A DNA stretch of 64,000 nucleotides from Nageia nagi. Taxonomy: Eukaryota; Plantae; Pinophyta. Positions 25,051-40,040 of the stretch are shown one piece after another. Positions within the stretch are counted from its first letter, which is position 1. Each line of letters starts with the position of its first letter. The translations under genes were made by a program, and so were the position numbers. The notes beneath the pieces were generated by a model. It did not search any database. It was not told where the DNA came from and worked only from the letters and a program-made list of their open reading frames with translations. Location of the stretch: the NCBI GenBank assembly GCA_050084985.1, contig JBITNC010000001.1:139748001-139812000 (forward strand), written 5' to 3'.

Positions 25051-25699
25051 TATAAACTTCATGCTTCTATGTTTAAATATTTTTATAATATCTATTTTTT
25101 TTTTGGTAATTTTTTTGTTGGATTTATATAAAAACAATTGAAGATAAATATCTAGAATAGAAATATCCTAGTTTATTTTAATACAAAATGAAGGAAGACA
25201 AGGTTTTTTCTTATTGTTATGGAATATAAATTTAATGCGATAAAATTAATAGCAAAATAATTTATCTTACATGATTAAATAACTTATAACTTCAAAAAAT
25301 TATATTAATAACATGGTAAAGACAAACCATAAGACACTAAAATTTAAGTGTAAATGTGAAAGAGGAAAAATAATTATAAACAAGATACTTCCACTATGCC
25401 ACAAGAATTGGTGCAATACAATGGCTTCCTTAAGCCAAGCTAATAAACTCCAAGAAATATCTCACTCCAAGAAATAGCTCATGTAGAACTATGTTGCATT
25501 GCTAAGGGGTGGAGATCATGTTATACATGTGCATGCATCTCCACTTTGGCATTTTACCACCACTCATGTTGTAGTGCCACCGCTACAAGATATATGCCAC
25601 CACATACCAAGCATATTCCACCACTTATAGTTAGCATGTTATATATGCCCAAGACTTCAAGTGGATATTTTTATTTGGTATTAATTTATTTACTCACCT

Positions 25700-25920
25700 T
25701 AGTACTTTTATTTATTTATTATTGAGGTGATATCAAGCAACCCAACAATTGGCAAGACTTATAGCTCAATGTCAGGTGAGCTACTAATCCACCTTAGGGA
25801 AGCCACACCACCCGATAGTATGACCCCTTAGGTAAGTCAAGGCCAAGGGGATTCAATCTTGAGACTAATGGGATTAAAGTCCTATATCTTGATCATCTCA
25901 CCAATTTTGTGAGGCTTTAC
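25700..25920 (-). mobile_element. Possible decayed tRNA-derived SINE
   Basis: GC-richer ~200-bp island with a B-box-like reverse motif 'ggggattcaatcttgagac' and a (TTTA)n tail at ~25705-25722. Confidence 0.3.
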
Positions 25921-28339
25921 TCGCTTTATTACTAATAACATTATTTAATTTTATTATTAAAATTTTTAATATTAATCTATAGTAGACTAGATTATTTATT
26001 TATTTATATAATTTAATAACTATTTTCATCTTTATATTTTAGGTGAATTATTAATTATAAGAAAAAATCCCTAAATGAGATTTTGTTCTAATAGATTTAC
26101 ACTTATATAAATGAAAAAAAATCTTTAAATGAATGATGAAAATGCTATGAAGGTGATAAACTAGATTGATCACATTTCAAAACAAGAATTAGGACAATAC
26201 AAAAAAGGTGTTGTAAGAGATAGCCATGAATAAAATGAGGAATAAGGAATATAAAGAGTATTTAATTTGATAGGAAGTAAAATAGCTTAAAGAGGATGAA
26301 TGAACTTACCTAAAGTGAAATTTTCTCGTAGGAACAAACAATTGAATTAGTTTTGAAAATATTATGAGTAGAAGCCCATGTTTCATACACTTTGGATAAT
26401 TGATGTAAGAGCATATGAAATAATAAATTATTCAATTTGACTATATTATTTTTAAAATTTTATATAAGTTATATTCAATTATTTATTTTAATAAAATCTT
26501 GATATTTATTAATAATCAATGGTCTCAATTTTTTCTATTACTCTAAATTCGATCAATTATTCTGTTGATGATAATATGCATATATAAAATTCTATTTAAC
26601 TATAAATTTCATATCAACAATTTGTACCTTATATTGCCTATATTGTATATTTTACTTTAAAGTTACACGATAAGTAATCACATGTATAATGGAAAATAAA
26701 TGTTTGAATGCCCATTGGTTAAAATACAAGCAATTCTATTTGAATCTAGGGTATCATATTTCTAAAATGTTTTTGAGTTATTATAATTTGAACATATATC
26801 TTGATAAGATTGTGCAAGTTTTTATAAACACACATGAAGACATAATGAGTTAATTACCTAGATCCAATGACATTATCTTCCCTTGATCATGAGAATTCAT
26901 CTAATTATTTCAACATGCATGATTTTAGTGCAAATATTACAAGAAAGTAAAAGAGTAAAGAGAATAAATTTATGACTATTATGTATTTCAAAGGTAACTC
27001 CCAACTATTAATTATACATATATAGTATAATGGAGAGGATACATATATAGTGGAATTAAATGCATGAAGTTAAGAAGAATATTTGATAAATGCAAGGTGA
27101 GATTTGAATTTTCAATCAATTTTAAGTAAGCACAATCAAGGAATCCAAATAATATGGTTATTATATGCTGCATGAAATAATAATTGAGAAAATCACATAG
27201 GGATAAGAGAGAAAGAGATGCAATATAGAGAAAAATGTGCAAATTCAAAGATGCTAAAATCAAGAGAAAACATACAAAGGAAATTAAGTTTTAGTTTGGT
27301 AGAGAAGTGTAGACCTACAAGGAAAGAACCCAAGTGAGACAAAAAGAAAGATTTAGGAATTAATTTTCTTGGAACTTAGTAGTAGAGAGATGACAAAATG
27401 CAAGGGATATTGTGAAGTCTTTAATTGTAGAGTTTACATCCAAATATGATACATTATAATATAAAATCTTGTTAGGATACTTAGAGACTTGGAGGACCCC
27501 TCTTAGGAAGATGAGAGTACATCCTCACTAGCTTTGTATTGAATTTGACCACCATATGTACTACATGAGGATCATGTTTTCCATATTTATTCCATTAGGG
27601 AAATGGATTTTAAGGACTACTTTATGTTTAGGATTTGTTATCCTCCAAATTTCATGCATTAAAATTGATGTGAGATTTTCAAAAATTTGGCCCAATTAGT
27701 TATCTAAGATGCATTTGTTTGTTAAAAATATCTAAAAAATCATAAAAAGTACAAAATACTAAAATACAAAAATAATTTTTTATTTTTGTATTTTGTTCAT
27801 CCTTGTTCATTGCCTTGGTAAATGTATAAATCATATTATCATGAAAATGTACATGGAAATTTGTGTTTCTAACCATTTCATGTTGCAAAGATCATAATCA
27901 TGGACCAACCACTTTTATGACTCATCAAATGGATCTATGGTTTGTGAGATATTAAATCAATATTTTTTTATTAAATTTGATTAAAATGCTATTAATTTAT
28001 TTTCATGTATCATTTTCAAAGAGATAAAAGATCCAAATTCTATTATACAACTCATTGGAAAGATATCAACTTTAAGAAGCTCATAAAATTGATAGATAAA
28101 AAAGGAGTTTGAATGCAAAAGGTATGTGTGAAAATGTTTGTTGATTCCCATTTGGTAATTTAATTCAATCTCTTTAATGGTTTACGGTTGACTTGCATAT
28201 GAATTGAATTATTGACATTTTGAGTCCAATCTATGGGACCCATATTCAAAATTACTAAATGAAGAAAATAAAGTGTAACCTTCTTCTTTAAGTAGGGATA
28301 AGTAATACCCAATTTTATAAGATCAATGTTGACCTTCTA

Positions 28340-30250
28340 TCATTATAAAATACTAAGAATATAAATCCAAAAGGTATCTTACTATCATGTTCAATTTCTT
28401 TTGTAAGTTGAATACAATCATAAATTGCATTAAGGTGGTTATGAAAAACTTCAAGAGAATCTTTTCCATGTGGCCAATTCATATCTATCCCACCATTCTG
28501 GTTTTAAAGGAAATGAATCAAGAGCCTTTAATTCAAACCACTCCATATATGAGTTGGCAACAATGGGAGATAATAGAGATCCCATTGCTACCCCATGAAA
28601 TTGTTCATAGAAATCCCATTTGTAACTAAAAAATATAGTTTCAATGCATATTTAAATCAAACCTAATGTATCATGGTATACTAAGTTAAATATAACCTTA
28701 AGTGCTTTATCTATAGGGATTTTTGTGTATAAGGAAACAACATCAAAGCTAACCAAAATATCACCATCCTTAACTTTATGATTCTTTAACTTGCTTATAA
28801 AATGTTCATAGTTCTTAATGTATGAAGATGTCTTACATAATAAGTGTTTTAGTTTTTCGTTAGCTAAGTATTTAACTAATAAGTTGGGGAGTCAATGATA
28901 TCTACAATGGTTCTAATTGGAATACCTTATTTCTATATTTTTGGGGCCCCATATATCCTTGGTATAACTGATCTTTTAGAAATTAGTATTTTCTTGGTTT
29001 CCTCATTTAAAGGAGAGGCTAAGATAGCTTTCTTTACTTTCTTGATAATTTTATTCAAGGGGTTAGTATTTAATTTATTATAGCTACCTAAAGAAATAAG
29101 ATGATCTAACATTTTTGCATGGTAGTCATTAACATCAATAACTATAGTTGCATTTCCTTTAACTCCTTCAAGTATGACAATATATTTTTTATTTTTAAAT
29201 TCTCTTAAATAGACCTCTTCATGCTTGGAAATATTTTTCTTTGGTGGTTTTTCCCTTTTTAATACTCTTACATAATCTTGGATAATATTTTCAGCTACAT
29301 TATTAGGAAGAATTTTTATAGCTAACTCAATACCACAAATGAATTTTTCATAAGGGATTTTCTTGAGAGTGATAGCAAAATTGAGACCATTATTTAAAAT
29401 ATTCATAGCATGATTACTTAGAACAACACTAGAGAGATTAACAACACCTTTGAACGTAGACCTTTCAAAATTTCTAGGTAAGCATTGTGCATTAGATGTA
29501 ACTAAATCATTAACATGAAAAGGAGAGGGAGGAGGAGATTGTATCTTATAAGGTGACTTATAAGCATTCAAAGATGAATAAGCATCAATTATAGAAGAGG
29601 AACAAGGAAAAGAAGCAAGTAAAGGGTATTAAATTTTATCGTTGGATGTATGATCTTCATATAACATTTCTAGGTTATTAGAGAAATTAATATTTAACAA
29701 CATAGGAGGAATGCTACTTAATAAAATTAAATGACTAGTGTTACAAATGTTAAGTAGGATATATTTACTATAACAAATCTTATTATCAAGAAATGCGGTA
29801 TAATCAACATAGTTAGGTAAAATATTAGTTTCTAGAATTAACTTAGCATTATTTTTTAGAGTTTTAAATTTCTTTATATGTATTTTAGTTCTAGTTATTT
29901 CTTCCCACTCTACTTTGGATGATGAGCTCATTTCTATGATATCCCATGTCTTTATATCTACAATGTTAGCAATTTTGATATGTAGTGCAAGTAAGTTTCT
30001 ATATATGTCATCTAATTTTTTCCTTTTGTTCTTGATCTCAATATGCAAAATAGCCCTACTAGCTCTTTCTAAAATATTTTTACATCTAATATCATTAGAG
30101 GGGTATTTCAATCTTGTAAAATTGGGTAATATATGTTAATATCTACATCTTTTTAGAAAGGTCAATTCTATTAGAAGCGTACTTTATTAAAATCATCTTA
30201 AGAGTAGGAAAAAAAATCAAATGACTTGATATTGATCATTAGGGGATCAA
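28340..30250 (-). mobile_element. Penelope-like element (PLE; Dryad-like), degenerate RT ORF
   Basis: N-terminal 'LTFLKRCR..ILPNF', then 'VVNLSS...ILNNGLNFAI', 'KGNATIVID', 'PRIYGAPKI', 'LVSFDVVSLYTKIPI', 'FYEQFHGVAMGSLLSPIVANSYMEWFE' and 'NWPHG', all Penelope RT signatures. The YVDD motif appears deleted and no GIY-YIG domain is seen. Confidence 0.88.
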
Positions 30251-31239
30251 ATCTAGTCATATAACAACTTATTTTAATCAACATGAAGAAAATATTATAA
30301 TGAAAATATTTTCTTGAGAAATAAATTCCTAAATGTTGAGTTATTATAAGGGAAACCATCTAAAGAAAGATTTCTAAGTAGAGGTATAAACACCAATCAC
30401 TTATACCCCTAGCATTTATACTCCAGGTATTTATCCCCATAGAGTTTATACCTAGAATTTACAAATTAAATATGGACATTTACACCTTTAAATCTACTAT
30501 GATTTGAGACACATATCCTATAACATGTATTTAATGCAAAGTTGCTTATTTAAACTCTATTCAAAATCTATTTTACACATCAAACCTTTATCATCTCCCT
30601 TAGTTGATATTTATTCTTTTCTTATGATATTATTTCTTCAATTGAAGGGAGCTAGGAAAACAAAAGGTGTCACATGGAATGAGGAAGATAAAAATTTTGT
30701 AGTGAATATCACTTCTTCTAATTTCTCTTCATGAAAATACCTTTCCTTCAATTTATTTCCATGAGTAATTCCTTCATTTGGTGGTTAGCAATTTAGAAGA
30801 AGGCGACCTAATTAGAAGAATAAAACCAAATTCATCCCCTCTACATACATAGATTTCCTCAATCAAAATGAAACCAAGTCAAAATGAAAGAAAGTATGAA
30901 GGAGAAATATTGGCATGGGGTAAGTTACAAGAAGTATTAAACACAAAATGAGGAGTTTGATTCATAGAGAATCTCTTCCCTCATGAATGAGTTCCCCTCT
31001 ATACTTACAATCAAAGAAAAGCTATTCAAGAGGAAGTAGGTCACATAGAAAGGGAATAGATAAATTTTTTGTAATCTCCTCCATGCTCCCTCCTCTTTCC
31101 TTTACCTAAACAAGGTGTACGTTGTAAATATAGTTTCATATGACCTTAGTTAGGAGATATAACAAAAATGCTCAAACTGGATCAATTTACTTTTCTAGCA
31201 TCCCCAAAGCATACATAAAATTGATATTTATAATAATCC

Positions 31240-32130
31240 ATAATTTCATGGACTACAATGATCATGGAACATATACAAAATGGATATATTGAAAGAGCAT
31301 GTGAACTCTATAAAAAAATAGCTCACCAAAATGCAATTTCATGGAATACAATTCTTGCAAGATATTCACAAAATGGGTTTTCTAAAAAGGATCCAAAGAC
31401 TTTTAAGATGCAATTGTTAGTTATAGAGCTAGACTTTTCAACCTTCATCAACATTCTTCTAGCATGTGCCATTATGATAAATCTATAAGAAGGTATAATC
31501 ATCTATCAAAGAGTTGTTGAAAATAGATTTTCATTGAATGTTGTGGTTTTGAACGTCCTAATATACATGTATTAAAAATGTGGAAGAATACATAAGGCCT
31601 AAACATTATTTGATAAGATGCATAATTTGGACACAATTTCATCAACTACAATTATTGGAGGATATGTAATTCATGGCTATATCAAGAATGCCCATAAATT
31701 CTCTACTTTGACAAACTATTTAGGAACCAATCTTGATAATGTAACCTTTGTATGTGTTCTACTTGCATACAATTATGCAGGTCTAATAGAATTAGTGATT
31801 CTTATTACATCATTCATTGGAAAACTCATTAGAAAGGAGTTTTTGAATTCATGGATGTATAGGCTATCTTGAGGAAGATTTGAACTTTGAATTGGGTATG
31901 GGAATGTGTCTTTTTGGTGCTTGCAAATCCTATCAAAATGTAAGAAAAGAGGAATTTGTAGAAACAATCCTCTTTCTATTAGAGTTTAAATATACTCCAT
32001 TTCTTGTTCTTCTTTCAAATATTTCTAATAAAGTGTACAAATGTGATGCTCAAACAATAAATATATTGATGAAATTTGTAATTATTCGATAAGATACATA
32101 CTATACATATAATTTCATGGATTAAAATGA
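31240..32130 (+). pseudogene. PLS-class pentatricopeptide repeat (PPR, E-subgroup) pseudogene fragment
   Basis: ISWTTMI, NAISWNTILARYSQNG, TFINILLACA, LIYMY*KCGRIHKA*TLFDKM, VTFVCVLLAYNYAGLI and E-domain-like LFGACKSYQN; in-frame stops and deletions. Confidence 0.85.
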
Positions 32131-35100
32131 TCAATAAGATTTACAATTTAACCTCGAACAAAAAATATGATAGTTGAAATTAGTGAAATAAACTTGCAAA
32201 ATTAGAAGAAAATCATAAAATTTGGAAGACCATATCTCCTTCATCATATGGCCAAATTGCTAATGTGAATAGGCATTGGAAACTTGACAAGATGCTCTTC
32301 AAAATGTATGGATTGAGTTTCCATTTTTGGTTATATTTCACCCATGGTACTTTTCCAAAGTTTATCCTTTTTTTTTTTTGAAAAAATATCTACCTGACCT
32401 AAGAAATAATACATTGAAAATGATTATGTTCATGACCATTCAATGAGACCAAAATGACCTAATAGAATAGGGTAAATGAATAAAGTTTCTTGTATTTCCA
32501 AGTTTCCTAATCCAAAATTTAAAAATTAGGAAAGAAAAGCATTTGAATGAGAATGGGAAAATGAATGAAAATAGTAATGAAAAATGGTTTAAGAATGAGA
32601 ACAATGTCATTCACAAGTAAAGAAGTACCAATCATTAAACAATGATAAATTTTAAATCAAGACTCCTTTTTTTAGCACAATCAAAAGTGTTGGAAAGAAG
32701 AAAAGATTGTTTACATCATGAAAAATGTTTAATGAGAAAATATGATGACAAAAATAAAAAATTTAAAGGATATTTTTAGTCAAAAGAAGGGAAGCAAAGA
32801 AGTTTTGATCATTAAGTGATTATAACTTTCACACTAGGACTCCATTTTTCATGTCCTTTGAACTTTTGGAAATGTAAAAAAGTGATATTCAATATGGGAA
32901 TGTAAAACGTGAGCTCTAAGGTACTAATATAAGTGAAAAAGTTCTATATTCTCCATTAATCCTTAAAGCTAATAGAATTTCAAAATATGAAAAAGGAGAG
33001 TATTCTCCTAGTTTCATTTTGATTTATTTTCAAATATTTCATTTACAATTATAATGTAAATATATTATTTGCAAGATAAAATCACATATTATATCTATGG
33101 AGATAATCAAAGGAGAAACATGTAAATAAGGGTGATTATAGAAGATTTTAACTAGGAAGGGGATTTACCATAAATAAACCACTTTTGAAGATAACAAATT
33201 TTGAGAAATAGTTTATCATGACATGATACTTGAAGAGTAAAGGAAGGTGAATCAAAATTATTAGTAGATTTTATTTAGAAATCTAATACAAAATAAATTA
33301 ATTATCCATGGTTTAAAATTTAAAATTTTAGCAAAAATGATTTTGTCCCACCAATGACTACTATAGAACATCTATCTTAACTACTTAGTTTATGTTGCAT
33401 GCATGTAGTTGAGATTTAAATGCTCATAATATATCCCCCCTACCTTTATATCTTCTTCTAGTGCAAAGACATTGACATCCATACCTTTTGTTAAAAGTAC
33501 TAAACATCCATTTATGTTTTTCTTAATTTCCTAAGTGGATTATGTACTTCCATCAAATTTTTTTGAGTGTTAAACACTCAATATCTTTGCTTCAAATATG
33601 TATATGGATGAGATACCATTTTATTGTAACAATAAGGCATTCATTATGCAATAAAAGTAGAAACAAAATTTTTCTACAACTCCTTTTTATGGCTATATGG
33701 TTTGCTTCTATTTTTGGGCATGTTTATTTAATAAAACACTTGTAGATCCTTGGAAAAGTATTATTAATATATTCCAAGGTGATATTAAACTATTTTATGG
33801 TATTTTAACTAGGTATTTACTTATTAGTTTTTCATTTTATGTAATAGTTTTAGATATATTCATGGTTATCTCAAATTACCCCATTTAGAATAAGTTTGCT
33901 TTGAAAGGATAAAAATTTCATTCTATACCTACTTTTGTTGTGATTCTTATTTTTGGATAGGCGACTTCAATGTACTTTAAATCATATATAATATTCCATA
34001 CTTTGTTGTTAGAACACACCCAAAATTCATAATATCCTAACTTACACTTTCATAGTCTTGCTCAATAAGCCTCATGGAGTGTTTTACTTCTAGTTGATTT
34101 TTGACCTATTTATTCTTCTCTATTTTCCCATATTATTTCACCATTGGATAGATATTTTCTTTTTTTTCTAATGGTATATAAAAATTTTGATAAGAATCAA
34201 CTAAGTTACAACCTTTCAAACTGATCACATAAAGTAATTTTATCCCTATTGCAACCCTTGATTTTGTCTCTATCTTAGCTCTAGCCTTTTTATTCATGTC
34301 ATGATCTTGGGAATGAAGTTGGTGATGTTAGAAACTCAAAAACCCTAATACCTAGATAAAATTGACCTCTATTGAGCTAAAAAAGCTAGATTTTGCCTAA
34401 GTGGCATGTAAAAAGTCCAAAATGCTCTATTAATGATCCAAAAACTTAAAATTGTGATTTCAAAAGATTCATATCTTTGTTTTAAGCATGTAAATAATCA
34501 CTTGAAATGTATTCTCAATATATTTCCAACTATATTAAAAAAATAATCATTTAGGAGAATTTGCTTTCATTTTATAACCTCTAAAATTTTTGGTGTTCTT
34601 ATCATCCTCGAATCACTATTAAAGTCCTAGGTAACTCAAAATCTTTATTTCCTATTAGAGAAGGTATTTATATTGGTTTGAAATGGATATGAAAAGTGGA
34701 AATAAACTTTAGTTTTAGATTCCTATATTTAATGGTGAACACTTCGAATACTAGAGTATTCGAATGAGAATAATTCTCATCTCTTAATACCTACAGACTC
34801 TTATTTTGTAAGGACATATATAAGTAGATGTAAAAAAGTTTTAAAAAAATTAGATTATGAGAAAAAAAGAGCTTTTAAATACTAGAAAAATGGATTAGAA
34901 ATCCCTATTTTCTATATAGAGTGGGATATATGTTTCTATTTTCCCCAAGATTTAGAATGCAAATTTTTAAAAGAAGCATGGGAGACCCTTGAAAGTGACT
35001 TCAAGGTATTATCCAAGGTAAGAATAGATAATATTCAAATCTTACATAGGGGTTTGAATTTTAAAAAGGAATGAAGATGAGATAATTGAGGTCTTCATGA

Positions 35101-37479
35101 ATAGAGTACAATATATGGTAAATGCTATTCATGCACATTGTGAAGCACTAAATGATACTAGGATTATGGAGAAGGTATTAAGAAATCTTTCAATAAAGTT
35201 TGATCCTTTAAAAATTGCTATTGATGAGTATAAAGATTTATCTTAGCTCACTCTCATTAAGTTAGTTGTAAGCTTGCAAACCTATGAGTATAGAATGAAT
35301 GACAAGTCTAAAAATCTTAATCAAGCATTCCAAGGTAAACTTAGGGTTAATGTCTAGCCATCTAATTCCTATAGTTCATAATATTCTTTAAGAGTCCATT
35401 CTGGTAGAGGAAGAGGTTGGTTAGCCAGTATAATCTAGAACTTAGCTTGAAAATATTATGATTTTTATAGAAAATGATGATCACATAGAACAACAATGCT
35501 ACAAAAAATAAAATGTAATGAATCCACCTATTCCTAACATCCAAAACCTTAAAATTTTATACCTAACTTTTTGATTAGTTTAATCACTCAAATGATTTAA
35601 GAATGGATCTAGGTGATCCACATGAGATTTTTAATGCTGCTAGCTAGTCAACACCCATATGGTAAGATTGGTTAAAGTCCAGATTCACCAACCCTAATCA
35701 AATCTCTTCTAGTGTATACTCCACAACTCTCATCCTATTAAGGATACACCTCTTATGTGAAATAAACATTTCCACTTCATAAACTATGCAACAAACATTT
35801 TAAACATGGTGTAGTGGTTTTCTACTCAGGGATCATATCACTTGAGAGAATGAACATCCATTAGGTTACTCATCCTCACTCGATGATAACCCTATGACTC
35901 ATAGGAGTAGATAGTTTTTTCTATTTACTCATCCTTAATTAATAAACCCATCCTTTATTTAGGTCCACACCAGGGTTTACCATTGAACCCATTTATTTAA
36001 TTTGATCAACTATTAGTTTTATTGATTCAAATTGATTCCTAAGTCTTTTCACTTTCTTTATTAATGGAAAATAATCCTTAAATAGTTATCATCTTATTAA
36101 TATTATACTAATCCCCTTTGATCTCTTTTAATACTCAAATATCCCTAATATTTATCAATTAACCTTTTCTTCCTTATTAAGGACTATATCTGTGTGTCCT
36201 AAGGACTATAGGGTTACCTTATTTAGGTTTTAACTTTTACTTTTCTTACTATGTATAAATGTTCTCATCCCATATACAATAATTTGGGGTTAGTATTAAT
36301 AATAACAATTCCTATAGTTGATTTACCTTTAATCCCTTATATTATTACTAAGATTTATCAATCTCTATCCTCAATCATAATTAAAGACTAAGACTACAAA
36401 GTTGTTCATAATTTTCTTGTATGGTAAGAGTACCAAGGTTTATCCATATATTTTACTCTACCTTGATAAGCAAAATTGAAAAGACAACAATCAAAGGAAT
36501 TTTTTTATCATCCTTCATAAACATATTTATGGATGAGATTTGAATAAGTAGATATCATAGGATCTATTAAGCCTCAAAGGATTTCATGAAATTCTCATTA
36601 AACTTGTACAAAAAAATACATCAAAGGATTCCCTTAAAAAATTAAATTAGCAAATAGATTACAATTTTTTCAAATTTTCTCTAAAATATTCAATACATCT
36701 TTATCCTTATAATGTTGAGTCTCCATCATCTTTTTTCGAGCTTTCAAGGAATAATGGTGAATGGATCAAGTACTAGGAAAAGTGGCAAGATGTGATGATC
36801 AAGACATCCTTTTTTTTTTTAATATCTAACCATAATGCAAATGGAATTAACTACTTAACATTTTGTTCCTTAACTACTTCATTATAGACCTTAAGAGGAT
36901 TTGGGTTGTTTCTAGGACTACCTCCCTTCCTTGGTCTCATGAAAAAATCTTTAGCATCATATATGTCCTTCTCAAACTATTGTTATAACTACCTCATACC
37001 ATATATATTTCTCAATTGATTCAATGATATCAATTTCACACCATATTTTAGTAACTAATCATACCTCTTTACCCTTTTACAAAAAAAAGAAAGTAATTTA
37101 AACTTTGCTATGTGTATCAAGTAATGCCATATTTAGTTATTACCTTTATTTAACTTTTTATAAGATAACATATTATCTATTTTAATTAATTATTACTTAT
37201 TTTAAAAATCTCTTTCATGTGATTCATTCACCTAAATTTTGTAGCTAAAGGTCAATAATATCCATTTCTTATCATGCATATTGGTGTCCTATAAGGACTC
37301 AAACTAAGTTGCTCACCATAGAGGAGATTCTAAGTGAATTAGAATCCATCTACATACAATTAATTGACTAAAAAAACATTAGTTAAAGAATTTGATGGTT
37401 TATTTACCTAAAAATTTGATCACAAGCACAAATTCATAAGTGTACAAATGTTTATGGTTTCATTTAGATGAGGGAGTAT

Positions 37480-38340
37480 GCAATATGTAATGCTAGTTTT
37501 TGGAAAGACTACAAAGTTATTTAAACTAAGATGACTATCATACATAAAGCCAAACTCTACAACATTCGCTAGTAATTTCCAATGTGTGCCATTGTGGAAG
37601 TTCAAGAAGAAGGTATGGAGATCCATAAAAGAGTTTTTAAAAATGGTTTCTCATTAGATATTGTGGTTGTGAATGCCTTGATAGTGAAATGTGGAAGGAT
37701 ACATAAGGTCTAGGAATTATATTGCATAATATAGGTTTTCCAAGAAGGCATTATAGGTATTTAAGTAGATGCAATGGTCAAGCATAAATCTAGACTTTGA
37801 AACCTTTGTCAACATTTTTTTGACATGTGCCATATTGGGAGCTTGAGAAGAAGGTATGGAGATCTATCAAAGTGTAGTTGAAAATGGTTTCTCATCAAAT
37901 ATTATGGTTGTAAATGCCTCTATGTGAGGAATACACAAGTTTCAAGAATTATTTGACAATAGGCATGTACTAAACAAGTTTCATGGACTACAATGATGAT
38001 AGGATATGCAAAAAATGGGTTTTCTAAAAGCGCACACAATGCTCAAGAGTAAAGCCAAACTCTGAAACCTTTGTCAATATTTTTTCTATGCATACCATCA
38101 TGGAAGATCTTGAAGAAGGTATGAGAATCCATCAAAGAGTAGGTGATAATGGTATCACATTGACTATTGTGGTCATGAATGCCCAAACAACCATGTATGC
38201 AAAATGTGGGAGAATACAAAAGGCCTAGAAATGGTTTTTCAAGACATGCAATGCAAACAATATTTCATGAAATGTAATGCTTGCAAACTACACACAAAAT
38301 GAATGTAATTCTGTGGGATGCAAGTTTTCAAATATTCTTG
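37480..38340 (+). pseudogene. PLS-class PPR pseudogene fragment (about three degenerate P-L-S triplets)
   Basis: Repeated 'EEGMEI(H/Y)Q.V.ENGF...IVVVNAL', 'MYAKCGRIQKA', 'VSWTTMMIGYAKNG' and 'KPNSETFVNI', with many indels. Confidence 0.82.
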
Positions 38341-39064
38341 TGAAAGGGAAAAAGATTGGAGAGATAAAGAGAAGGCTAAAGGAATTTTGGTCTTTGGTTG
38401 TGCAAACCTTTTGTGAAATTTCAAGGTGGAGCTTACACAAAGACTTATCAATCATTAATTATAAGGTCCCACCATAGAAATAATGTACTCCAATGTTTCC
38501 TACCTAGTAGGCTCTAAAAATAAATTAATAAATTACACCCTTTTTATCTAGGAACAAACTTCATGTGCATATATTCAAATAAGATAAATAGCATGCATTT
38601 TCAGTAAAATCCTATTACAACATTTACACGTAATACCATATTCATACACCTACATTAAGCATTCTTTCCTTTCAATACCTATTAATAATACCAAATGAAT
38701 CTACAGTATTAAAATCTAAAATAAAAGGAAAGCACTTGAGCTTGAGAGGGGGAGAGGCTTTTTCTTCTCCACGGGATCTTAAACCAAAGCTAATGAAAAA
38801 TGAAAAAAGTAATAAATTCTCTTAAGGTTCCTTCTTTATTTATAGTCAAGGAGGCTCAAATATGTCCAAATAAATGTCTACTCATCTAGTTAATAATTTT
38901 TGCAATAGGTATCAATTAAAGTTATTGATAAATGTTGTGGCATTAAATACTTTCAAATTTTATTTATATTAACTAAAAAATTAAGGCCAATTATTTTCCA
39001 TACCTAACACAAGGAAACAACATAATTAGGGCCATATCTTCATTATTTTCATAAACCACCAAAA

Positions 39065-39554
39065 TGAAGGATTTGAACTCGATCTAAACAAATCCTCTAG
39101 GACCTTAGACTAGGAAACTCAAGTGTACACAAGATAACACAATCACTCAAGATAACACATCAATATAATGTGGTTCCTCCCTACTTGGGAGTACATCCAC
39201 AACTAGTTCTCTTATTCTCAAATCTATGTCTCTCTTACAACTATTCTCTAGCTCTCTCCTACACAACCAAGTAGAGTAATCTTACTCAAAAACTTAGATA
39301 TGTTTACATGAGGAGAGGCCCTCTATTTATAGGTTGAGAGCACCTCCCTAACCTTCCTTTAACCCAAGGGTAAGGTTAGGGTTACATTAAATTTATCACC
39401 AAACTTCAACCTACCAACTAACTCCTTTGGTAAAGTCAAAGTCTACATATTAAAGAATTCTATTAATCTCTTAAGGTATCTACATACCCTTAAGTGATTA
39501 ATTGAATTTACAAGGAGTTTAGATATTCATAATATTTCATTACAGATTCTAACA
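39065..39554 (-). repeat. 3' LTR of the young Copia
   Basis: Direct repeat of 47392-47881; TATA box 'ctataaatag' on the - strand at ~39323-39332. Confidence 0.97.
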
Positions 39555-40040
39555 CTCCCCCTTAATGCAATATTGGGATAGAGCGTAGAAGAGAGAAGAG
39601 AGAGAGTAAGAGAGAGTTCTCCTCCATAGAGATACAAGTGGAGATGAGAACTTTTACATATTTTGAGAATCTTTTTGAGAACTAGTATGAGACTCACTAC
39701 ATTACCATTTGACAAAAAATGGTTTACAATACAATCATTAACCACAACTGGTTTCACTGTACATAGTAGTCGATCAACTTTAAGCTGACATGTGAGTCTC
39801 CATGAGCTTGCTTTCACAAGGTGAGTAACCTGCATTTCTGAAGAAGATCCTGCATGCTACAAGCAACTCATGAACAAAATCAGTTAGATGCATCATATAT
39901 TCAAATAAGAGAATCAAATAATGCCATCTTTAAAATAACTGATCAATGGTGCACTATAAGCCATCATGGAGATGCCAAGTCATCACTCATAGTCACCTGT
40001 TGTATATAGACATGTGTTGATTTTAAAATAGAGCATAAAA

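Noticed and set aside
30205-30260. Possible hammerhead ribozyme upstream of the PLE ORF (CTAATGA resembling CTGATGA on the - strand)
   Set aside because: The core is mutated and no GAAA follows the putative stem II; cannot be supported.
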